Of a DNA stretch of 46,521 nt, positions 1 to 9,953 are shown one piece after another; position 1 is the stretch's first letter, and every line of letters starts with the position of its first letter. The translations under genes were made by a program, and so were the position numbers. Location of the stretch: positions 1 through 46,521 of the forward strand of contig JBNGIO010006138.1 in the NCBI GenBank assembly GCA_049999805.1, in the 5' to 3' direction. The notes under the pieces were generated by a model. That model was given only the letters and a program-made list of their open reading frames with translations. It was not told the origin of the DNA and did no database searches. The DNA comes from Folioceros fuciformis. Its lineage: Eukaryota.

Positions 1-301
1 CTCCGTTTTGTAATAGAGTGATCATGGACGGCTGGTGAGTGATGTTGACGGCACCTTGACGCCAGCACGAGCTCCTTTCTGTCCAGGAACTCATGTCGAC
101 ACTTCCATGAACTTCTCTCGCAAGAACCACCCTAGACACAACTTTTGCCAAACCTTGTTATCACATTTGTGCACTGCATAAGATAGGAAAATGACAACCC
201 ATGTTCAAAAACAAGGGTGAGTCCTATGGGAACTCGCTGGAGGTTACTAGTGCGCGCGATCATGGATTTTAAAATTACCTACTACCTCGCATACTTCCAA
301 A

Positions 302-1296
302 ACTATGGACTGCCTTTCGAACTTTGTGGTACATGGAAAGGCCTACAAAATGTTGGAGTCTGGTGTATGAAAACTTTAAAGTTCGCTTTTCAACTATCAA
401 AGTCTTGAAGAAGACATCACTTGCATGCTCCTCTCATGTGCTTGATGTCATCTTGTATACGGCTTCAACCGAACCCTTTCCCATCACCAGAGCAAGTTGT
501 GTGACCAAAACCACTTGCATGACCATAGCTAGTAGTGTGACTAAAGCCCTACCTAAGCATCTGCAAATAATTTGTGGGAAGAAAGCAAAGCAATGGAATC
601 CACAGCAAAGAAAGCAAAGCAATGGAACCCATAGCAAATAAAGCAAAGCCATGGAACCTAAAGTGAAGAAACCAAAGCAATGAGAACCTATAGTAAACAA
701 AGCAAAACAAAGAGCCCATAGCAAAAAGGCAAAACAAAGAAACCACAGCTCAAGATCATGCAGCCATCCGTATGTTTGAAAATAACATATTAAGTATTTT
801 AAAAAAATATTATATAAATTTAAAATATTTTATTTATGTATATTAGTCTATGCATAAAAGGTTTGGACAAAGCACGAGACTAAGATTCCATATCTCCTTC
901 GTAGGAAGTGTCGGAGAGACCTGTTTGAGACCTATTCAACCCTTAACCCCAAGCCAACATTAATGCTCAATTTGCGACATTTTTCTCTTTTCCTCAACGA
1001 CTTAACTAATAGAATTAATCATGGTGTGATTTTTGGAAAGCTTTTCTTTGTATCGATGCAAGATGTGAACATTCCCTCGAGACTGAGAAGATTGTGTCTC
1101 TCAGAGTGGTTTGATCTTGTCTTGCCTGACAATCAAGGTTGGAGGTCTCTGGCACAGACACAAGTGCTATCAACGCAGTTTGCAGTTGGAACTAAGTGAA
1201 GAAGGGTTCAAACTAAATGAATGGTGATTTATCGAAGTGTGGCTTTCTTTGCGCCTCCTAAGCTTTCTTGCATGCTTGTCACCTCCGAAAGCTTGC
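302..1296 (+). repeat. Left arm of a ~1 kb inverted duplication (partner 8831-9886)
   Basis: Sequence from actatggactgcc (302) to acctccgaaagcttgc (1296) is the reverse complement of 8831-9886, with scattered substitutions and small indels. The ORF track shows mirrored peptides (MLNLRHF at 963+ and 9165-; GGDKHA at 1406- and 8766+). Confidence 0.95.
580..742. repeat. Degenerate ~30-bp tandem repeat (aagcaaagcaatggaacccatagc-like) inside the left arm
   Basis: Five to six imperfect units are visible and are mirrored at about 9385-9600, where the array contains a 10-N gap. Confidence 0.8.
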
Positions 1297-1559
1297 GTGG
1301 TCCCTCGGCTCATGATCCGAAAGCTCTCCCTAGCATGGGGTTCAGCTTTTGACGAGCAAGAGGTTGGTGGCCTCCATTTTGGGGGAGGATGCGGAGGTGA
1401 TGGCATGTCATTCTAAAGCATAGCGAAACGACTGAAAAGCAGAAGTGGTTTATTACAACATATCAAAATAAGTTAATAAAGAATGCCTTAAATTAATTTA
1501 TATGAAAGGTACCCTAAAAATGAATTTTCTGGATAACGACTAGGAAGCATCTTCTAAAA

Positions 1560-2582
1560 AAAGAGGAAAAGGACCAATATAAACAAGTAAAGAAGAAGGA
1601 CCAATATATAAAGAAGATAAAGAAGAAAGACAAATATAAAGAAGAAGAAGGACCAATAGGAGCTTATAAAGGCCTAGCCTATTTAAGGGTAATATATACT
1701 TGTGTGTAGGCTTGTGTGGTAATATATACTTGTGTTAAAGGCTTAGCCTATTTAAGGGTAATATATACTTGTGTGTAGGCTTGTGTGCCATCTTATTGTA
1801 GAAGTGTGCCTAGCCGTGTGGAAGTGTGCCTAGCTGTATGGGAACATTGTATCTTGTTGTAGAAGTGTGTGGGAATGGGAACATTGTTGTAGAAGTGTGT
1901 GGGAACATTGTATCTTGTTGTAGAAGTGTGCCTAGCTGTGTGGAAGTGTGCCTAGCTGTGTGGGAACATTGTATGACCTCTCTATAAAGGCTGCACTTCT
2001 CCTCTACATTTCCCTACTTCTCTATAAAGGCTGCACTTCTCCTCTAGATTTCCCTACTTCTCCCTCTCCCTCTAGGCTGCACTTCTCCTCTACATTTCCC
2101 TACTTCTCCCTCTCCCTCTAGGCTGCACTTCTCCTCTACATTTCCCTACTTCTCCCTCTCCCTCTAGGTTGCACTTCTCCTCTACATTTCCCTACTTCTC
2201 CCTTTGCATTTCTCCCTTTCCCTACTTCTCCCTCTACATTTCCCCCGTTCCCTACTTCTTCCTCTGCATTTCCCCCTTTCCCTACTTCTCCTTCTCCCTC
2301 TAAGGGGGCACTTCTCCCTCAGCATTTCCCCCTTTCCCTACTCTAAGGGGGTACTTCTCTCTCTTCTCCCTCTAAGGGGGCACTTCTCCCTCTGCATTTC
2401 CCCCTTTCCCTACTCTAAGGGAGCACTTCTCCCTCTGCATTTCCCCCTTTCCCTACTTCTCCCTATAAGGGGGCACTCCTCCCTATAAGGGGGCACTGCT
2501 CCCACTCCTCCCTCTGCATTTCCCCCTTTCCTTACTATAAGGGGGCACTTCTCCCTCCCTCTGCATTTCCCCCTACTCTAGG
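1560..2582. repeat. Compound minisatellite / low-complexity block
   Basis: Successive repeat families: aagaagaaggaccaata (1560-1660); a ~70-bp direct repeat aaaggc(c/t)tagcctatttaagggtaatatatacttgtgtgtaggcttgtgtg (1668-1790); agaagtgtgcctagc and gggaacattg units (1795-1975); ~41-46-bp ggctgcacttctcctctacatttccctacttctc units (1980-2200) that degrade to 2582. Confidence 0.9.
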
Positions 2583-2599
2583 GCATATGACGCCATCCT

Positions 2600-3380
2600 G
2601 ATTGCTTTCATTCACCGGGAAAAGACCCTGGGAAAAGATCCTCCTGATTTCCTTTATTCACCGGAAAAAGAATCTGATTGCTTTCATTCACCAGGAAAAG
2701 ATCCGGGAGTACCTGCCTGGTGGAACGGAGGCCAGGAAGAGGATCACGGTGACTATGAAAAGCCGCCGTGGCGACCACTGTAGGGATGTCTTCCGCAGTC
2801 GGTGGAACGGAGGCCAGGAAGAGAATCACGGTGACTATGAAAAGCCGCCGTGGCGACCACTGTAGGGATGTCTTCCGCAGTCAGTCACCGTCAGGCATGG
2901 TAGAGTCGACTTCAGGCCAGTACATTAACCTTTGCCGGGCTGTGCCTACCACTCTGCTGCCGCAGTTGAAGGCTAGGATTCCCCGCCTACGGGACCTACT
3001 TGGAACATGCTACTCCAGGTGCTGCACACTTCAGGCGTTTCCCAAAGAGTGGCCAACTCCACGGACATGAGCACTCATCTCACATTCCCGCTTACATGTT
3101 TGACTACCTGGAGAAATCCTGGTGCAGCCGTTTGCACGAGCAGGGTGACTTACCTTCCCTTCTTCACGACTAGTCCTTCCGTGACCGTCTGTCAGCATGC
3201 GCAAACATCGCTTACCTAGAGAGGAATAAGCATCTGCGCCATCTGCCCCGGGCTGATGGGTGATGAGGCACGTCATCAGCTCAAAGTGCTCTCGCAACTG
3301 AATCGGAGACGTGTGTTTGTGGAGGAGGAGAAAACTGAGGTTGTTTCTGTGAAAGAGCCGCTGCAATTCAATCACGATCC
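2600..3380 (+). pseudogene. Decayed copy of the C-terminal part of the vWA-domain gene at 12374-15679
   Basis: IAFIHQEKIREYLPGGTEARKRITVTMKSRRGDHCRDVFRS aligns to LAFIHPEEIRDYLVASPEAKDRMADAVKSRRCQHFRSVFCT. Nucleotide blocks (acttcaggcgtttcccaaag, gcagccgtttgca.gagcagggtgactt, gctcaaagtg.tctcgc.actga) are colinear with 14900-15510. Frameshifts and an 82-bp tandem duplication are present. Confidence 0.9.
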
Positions 3381-4073
3381 AGTTCAAGGAAACAGTTAGG
3401 CGGCAATGGAGGAAGCTGTTCGCTCTTTTCTTGGAGTAGAAAGAAGCTGTAAACGCCTCCTGAAGACAAAGGACTAGTAGCAGAAGGGCACGTTACCCAC
3501 GTCTGGCCTGGCACTGATCGGTTCATTGATGTGCATCGTGAATCGTTGAGCGTAAAGTATGGCATAAAAGGATGTTGTGTTGTGTTGATTGAACCAGTTT
3601 TGATAATAATGAAGTCCCCCTTAGAACAAATCTCGATGCCCTGACCAAGGCTCGCTAATGTGCCATTATGCCCGCATTGTGTAGGAAGCTCACGTCAGCC
3701 TGGCAGGTGTTCCGAACCATTCCACGTCACCAGGTGGTTAACTGGAGGTATCAAACATTTCAGTGTCGACTTGCGACCGGCAATATGCAGGTAACATGGA
3801 AGTATCTGCAAAGCTTCGCCGAAGTCGGGGAAGACATGACCGGACGGGGGAGCGTCAAACCTGTCACCGGATCTGCTCACCGACCAGCCCGTGCCGTAGA
3901 ACAGCCGACGGCCACACCGCTAGAAAAGGGAATCGACTGGAGGCTCATTGTCATCGCCTTCGAGCCGACAGACATCTGAAGTCGATCGATTCGAACTCCA
4001 AGGCGCGAACGTTGGTTGATTCGTGTGCAACTCCGGGGCCTGCATTGGGCGGGGCTGTTCGATTACTTCCTCC

Positions 4074-6361
4074 ATGGACCACGGAACAGCAGCGCTGTGT
4101 GTGGAGATTGCGGTGGCCATAGTGGTGCTGGCCGTGGCGTGGCCAGTGTGGAGGTACTGGGAACGGAGAGGAAAGTATGCGCCCAAAGGGTCGAAGCAGC
4201 TGCCGGGGAGCATGGGATTGCCGCTGCTGGGCGAGACGCTGGAGGTGCTGAGCCACTTCAAGGACGGCGCCGTGGAGCAATTCGGGCTGAGGCGATTCAG
4301 GAGGCATGGAAACGTGTTCAAGTCGCACATTTTCGGGACACCGTACGTGTTTTTCCGCGGCGTGGAGGCGGCCAAGCTGCTGAGCACCAGCGAGGACAAG
4401 CTGGTGCAGGCGCACCAGTTCTTGCCGACCATCAAGCTGCTGGGCGAGGAGTCGTTGCTCAATCTGCACGGCGCCAAGCACAAGCAGTACAGGACGATGT
4501 TCAATGAGACATTCATGGGAGAGGGCATCAGGAAGTGCCTCCCGGTGGTGGAGCAGATTGCTCTTGAGACGCTCAACGGCTGGAAAGTGGGGGATGTTCC
4601 CAACGTCAAAGACGATTCCACCAGGGTGAGCTAGACTGTACTCTTCTACATTGTCGCAGTAGTCAGAGCATTCTTCGCTGACGAAATGATGGTCATTCTA
4701 TCTGTCGCCTAGCTGCCTGTGTGCTAGCTAGCCCAAATTCTTAGTGTGGGTGCTCTGGATCCCTGCTGCAGTTCACGTACAACGTGATTGTGGGCGTCGT
4801 GCTGAGCTGGGGGCCCGGTCCCGAGCGTGAGAGGAGCTTGGAGCTGAGCAGAATCCTGGGAACCAATCTGTTCAGAGTTCCGATCAATCTGCCCGGATTT
4901 GCCTATCACAAGGCCATGCAGGTAATAATGTGGCACCTATTCAACGCAGCTGAAGAATGTGCGCTCGCCTGCGAGCGATAGTGTGTTTTATTCCATCGGA
5001 ACGCAAATACTGGGTACTTCTGCATGATCCTGCGGCACTGCTGGACAATAATGTGGAAATTGTGACATGTGTTGACCTGCAGGCGAGGAAGGAGCTGGGA
5101 AAAATGTTTGATAATGAGTTTAGGCTCAGGAGGAGCGGCCAGATTGTGCGGCAGGACCTCTTGACGGACATGATGAATGCTGTGGACCCGGATTCTTCCA
5201 GCACCAAGCCTGCCCTGGGAGACGGCGAGCTGAGAGATAATTTGTTCACCATGATCATCGCTGGGCACGAAACATCCACCAACACTCTCACCTGGCTGGC
5301 CAAACTGCTCCATGAGAATCCCGACGTCAAAGAGAAGCTCACCGTCAGTACTCTTTTACTAACTCTATTGCTCCCCCTTGGTACACGTACGTTCCCTTCA
5401 TTGCCTCACATTTTCCACTAAGTTCCGGGTGATGGGCTGTGCAGGCTGAGAACAAGGCAATCCGAAGGGGGAAGCAGGCTGGAGAGTCCCTGGTATGGGC
5501 GGACCTCGGCCAGCCAATGAGCTACAGTCTCAAAGTGAGTACTAGTGATCCACTGCTTGTTTTACAATCTGGATGCATCCGGACGAGGTTCATGACGCAT
5601 GCCGCCAAGAGGAACTGAGCACATTTGAGCCTTGCTTGCTTTGCAGGTAATCAATGAGGCACTACGAATCTCCTCTCTCACATTCTGGTGGCATAGACAT
5701 GTCAAGGAGGACTTCACCTTCAACGGTGTGTATGCTAACCAACTGACAACCTGTTTAGTTGCCAGGAAAGCGTGTACACGAATTCCACCAGGCTAGGCAA
5801 GCGTCATCCTTATTAAATTGGGCATTCTGGAGCAGGTTATCACATCCCTAAGGGCTGGAACCTGGTGCACGACACCCACAACTTGCACCACAGCGTCGAG
5901 ACCTTTGAAGACCCGGACAAGTTTAACCCTTCTCGTTTCGATGTAGGCGTTTCTGGTCAAAGTTGGATCTCATCTATGAATTTATGGAGCGTTCGAGTTT
6001 GGTGCACAAGCTCATCTTGTTTGCCTGTACTTGCTGACTGGCAGGTGACCCCGAAGCCCTTCACGCTGCTTCCTTTCGGAAGCGGACAAAGGATGTGTCT
6101 CGGCAAAGACCTGGCGCTCATGGAAATCAAAGTCTTTCTGCATTATATGATGCTCAAGTTCAGGTGAGCTGGATTTTCTACCAAGTGATCTCGCTGGAAA
6201 TGGCACGTCTGCTTGCTAAGCGCAACTGACTTTTGACGTCGGTGTGGAAACGTTGGATCAGTTGGTCAGTTGCGGAGCCAGACACCGGGCGAGACTTCTC
6301 AGGACTGCCATGCCCCGACAACGGCGTTCCCATTAGGATTGAGGCCATTCACGAGTACTAG
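4074..6361 (+). CDS. Cytochrome P450, CYP85 clan, intact; 8 exons, about 485 aa
   Basis: Exons 4074-4625, 4772-4921, 5083-5343, 5445-5534, 5647-5725, 5836-5942, 6045-6163 and 6262-6361, all GT-AG and in frame. N-terminal TM anchor, PGSMGLPLLGETL, I-helix AGHETS, ExxR (EALR), PSRF and heme motif FGSGQRMCLG. The 150/~260/90/79/107/~120-nt exon pattern is typical of the CYP85 clan. Confidence 0.93.
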
Positions 6362-7355
6362 CCTAGATACTACCGATCCACAATTGTTTCGGAAGTCGGT
6401 TCACAGAATAGATGCCTAAAGTCTGCTCGAAGACAGAGCAGCTTTCAGGACGCATGTAAGGCCATCGAATTTGGTGCTGCTCCCCTCGCGTCCATGGAGG
6501 GAAAGAGAAACTATAGCCCACCTCTTTCACTTGATTGCTTCCACCTCTCGCGTGAATGCTTCCACCTCTCTCAATTGATTGCTTCCGACTTGTCAAGAGT
6601 GATGCATTTATAACAAGCAAGGTTCATATAAGCATTCTTCAAGCCAATTCAATGTTACAGACTAGGCAGAAACCATCCGCAACCAAGTTCAGCTCTCAAG
6701 CGTAAACTTTCTACATGTCTCTTTTCAGGTTCAGAAAAGAGGCGCCGGGTGGAGATAATTATTGAGGCCAACATCTAGAGACAGTCTTCAAAGTGAGCTG
6801 CTCTTCTACAATAAGTCGATTAGACCATGGATTCCTTCTGCAGGAAAATTTGCTCCAGGTTCCATCCAACTGGAAATACCAACAAGTTGCTGCAGATGCC
6901 ATCCAAACCAAGATAACCAACTGGTTGCCAACACAGAAACTGGCACCAATGTCCTGCCAGCTTCTCTTCCTCAAAAGCAACAAGGACCCAATTGCTTGAG
7001 TCAAGAAAGTGAGCATCCGGGAGACGTGCTTCATGGGAAACCCCAATTGAGGTTCAAGCTCACACATACACCAATACATTCATTGCAACTCTTACAATCA
7101 AACAAGCGACCAGGGATCCTGGCAATGTCCCAGCTAAGATGAAGGGCTGTCTGTCAATATGAAGGGTGTGTCAATGTGGACTCTCATGAGCTTTCTCCTT
7201 GATAAACCACATCAGTAAAAGTCACAACTCCGCACCAACAATATCATAACAATCGTCTATAGATCACCCCCAAATGGCATAAATTAACACGTGCAAAGCC
7301 ATCGTCAGTACACGGGAGCCAACAGCAAAGGAATGTGATGTTGACGCGGGGCCTG

Positions 7356-8761
7356 TCAGACAGACGCCCCTGGAACCCAATTCCACAAATGGTAAGAAGA
7401 GGAGCCGTTGAGCTTGGCGGGTACCGGGGGACGAATTTCTCCTCCTGCACCGGACACGCCATTGGCAGCTGAAAGTGGCCCTCCGCTCATCCCTCGCGAT
7501 GCACTGCCGTTGTTACCAAAATGCTGCAAACCCACAATCTTTTCCTGGCACAAGGGGCAATTGACTAGCCCCGGGGCACACTTCAAACAAAGCGACGTAT
7601 GCCCACATGCCTGGCCAAAAGAACCCAAAACACTGCATGTGTACTATGACCCATGAACTGCAACGTTGTTACAAGATGTCGGAGAACAAATGCTTTTAAG
7701 CGGCTCTTTCCAGAAAGTACGGTGACGTTCAGCTTACCATGACGCTCTCTCCCTCTCTCTCATTCACCTTTCTGTTTATCCTGTCTATTGCTTGATCCTT
7801 TGAACCCTTTCTGCCCCCCTAGACATTACACGACAACCAGCATCCTATCTGAGCAAATGAATGAATGAGTTGGTACCATGAGGCGCACTCCTGCAGGCTG
7901 ATTAAGACAAACAACACAAAGGTCCTCCGGATCAATCTGATTGTGTCCATAGAGGCTGAAGTCAGGCAACATGGAGCTAGGTCCAACATCCCTATGAGGT
8001 GGTGCTGCAAATGGAAATGCTTGTATGCTCTCTCTCAGAAAGTCATTCCTCGGAAAGTCAAAAGGACAGACGGCGGCCGATAGTCCGCCCCCGTTCGATA
8101 CACCTGAATTCAACAACCCACCAACAGCGGAACCTGTATCCAAGCGGCAGTCAAGCTGACTGCTGGTGCTGATAGGATTTGGCAACCCTCCATTCCCAAA
8201 AATACTGAAGAGGCTGGAACCCAGCTGGAAGGATCCAGATCCGGAGCCTGTGCCAACTGCAACGACGCCGTGGCCGTTAGTGTGGCCGGAGCCGTGGGTG
8301 CTGGTGGTATGCCCGCTGAGAACATCCGACCACAAGCTTACTCCCCCCGCTGGGTTACCAGCTGCAGAGACAAGCCCCGGCGATAACAAAAGGGGCCCCG
8401 CCCCGTTAATGGAACTCCCACTCGCACACTGCTTCACATTCAGTCTGTCAGTTTCAGCAGCACCTACACCTCGGTTATGCTGTAACATCTTTTGCTCCAA
8501 GCGGACTTGGTGGAGGGCCTGTTCCAACGAGGCCACAGATTGTTGCAACCCCTGATCAATCAGCTCTAGCTCAGCCGCACACCTTACAGTAGTCGTATCC
8601 AATTTCGAATCATGAAGATCTGGTTGCTGCTTGTGCTGCTGCTGTGGCTGTGGCTGCTGCTGGTGTTGAGGCAGTGGAGGATGGGCTGCTATCACTTGAG
8701 CTGCAGTTGGCTGATGCTGCTGCTGCTGACCTTGCTGCTTCCAATCAGACAAGCCATCACA
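7356..8761 (-). pseudogene. RING-HC (C3HC4) E3 ligase, BOI/SBP-like coiled-coil plus RING, apparently 5'-truncated
   Basis: Exons 8761-7877 and 7610-7356 (intron 7611-7876, phase 0) join to give CVVCLNQPAGVRLM-ACGHTSLCLKCAPGLVNCPLC. A poly-Q tract and coiled-coil lie upstream. The frame is open up to the inverted-repeat junction at 8761/8762 with no in-frame ATG before the poly-Q and coiled-coil. Confidence 0.7.
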
Positions 8762-9886
8762 TCAGTTGCGAGAGCACTTTGAGCCGATGACGTGCCTCAT
8801 CGGCATCAGCACGGGGCAGATGGCGCAGATGCAAGCTTTCGGAGGTGACAAGCACGCAGGGAAGCTTAGGAGGCGCCAAACAAGCCACACTTCAATAAAT
8901 CACCGTTCATTTAGTTTGAACCCTCGTTCACCTGGTTCCAACTCCAAACTGCGTTGATAGCACTTGTGTCTGCGCCAGCAACCTCCAACCTTGATTGCCA
9001 GGCAAGACAGATCAAACCACTCCCGAGAGACACAATCTTCTCAGTCCCGGGGGAATGTTCACATCTTGCATCGATACAGAGAAAAAGCTTTCCAAAAATC
9101 ACACCATGATTAATTCTATTAGTTAAGTCGTTGAGTGAAAGAGGAAAATGTCGCAAATTGAGCATTGATGTTGGTTTGGGGTTAACGGTTGAATAGAAAA
9201 AACAGGTCTTTCCGACGCTTCCTACGAAGAAGATATGGAATCTTAGTCCCGTGCTTTATCCAAACCTTTTATGCATAGACTAATATACATAAATAAAATA
9301 TTTTAAATTTATATAATATTTTAAAAAAATTAATACGTTATTTTCAAACATGCAGATCGCTGCATGATCTTGAGCTGAGGGTTCTTTGTTTTGCCTTTTC
9401 GCTATGGGTTCTTTTTTTTGCTTTGTTTACTATAGGTTCTCATTGCTTTGGTTTCTTCACTTTAGGTTCCATTGGCTTTGCTTTATTTGCTATGGGTTCC
9501 ATTGCTTTGCTTTCTTTGCTGNNNNNNNNNNGCTTTGCTTTATTTGCTATGGGTTCCATTGCTTTGCTTTCTTTGCTGTGGATTCCATTGCTTTGTTTTC
9601 TTCCCACAAATTATTTGTAGAGGCTTAGGTAGGGCTTCAAGTTACACTACTAGCGATGGTCACGCAAGTGATTTTGGTCACGTAACTTGCTCTAGTGATG
9701 GGAAAGGCTTTGGTTAAAGCCGTATACAAGATTGACATCAAGCACGCAGGTGATGTTGAGCATGCAGGTGATGTCTTCTTCAAGACTTTGATAGTTGAAA
9801 AGCGGACTTTAAAGTTTTCATACACGGGACTCCAACATTTTGTAGGCCTTTTCATGTACCACAAAGTTCTAAAGGCAGTCCATAGT
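8762..9886 (-). repeat. Right arm of the inverted duplication (copy of 302-1296 fused to 3230-3301)
   Basis: 8831-9886 is the reverse complement of 302-1296, and 8762-8832 is the reverse complement of 3230-3301. The two pieces share a GC dinucleotide at the join. Contains an assembly gap at 9522-9531. Confidence 0.93.
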
Positions 9887-9953
9887 GATAGGTACGAGTG
9901 TGTCTGATGAGTGACGATATCGTGTCTAATCAACTCCGCTGTGCGGCATGCAG

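Noticed and set aside
32-75. Plus-strand translation LVSDVDGTLTPAR resembling HAD/phosphomannomutase motif I
   Set aside because: No start codon or splice context and no downstream HAD motifs; probably chance, and it cannot be assessed at the window edge.
434-746. Hydrophobic ORFs (MLWALCFALF..., MVSLFCLFAM...) and their mirror ORFs at 9386-9717
   Set aside because: They are translations of the 30-bp tandem repeat in the inverted arms, not credible membrane proteins.
1980-2200. Regularly spaced ~45-bp repeats as a CRISPR array
   Set aside because: The units are head-to-tail with no unique spacers, the context is eukaryotic and there are no cas genes.
6400-7250. Short ORFs between the P450 and the RING gene
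   Set aside because: No recognisable motifs or consistent splice pattern; may be UTR or decayed TE.
293-9895. Canonical Pack-MULE with 9-bp target-site duplication
   Set aside because: The flanks of the outer arm ends do not match and no transposase is present; kept only as an inverted duplication.
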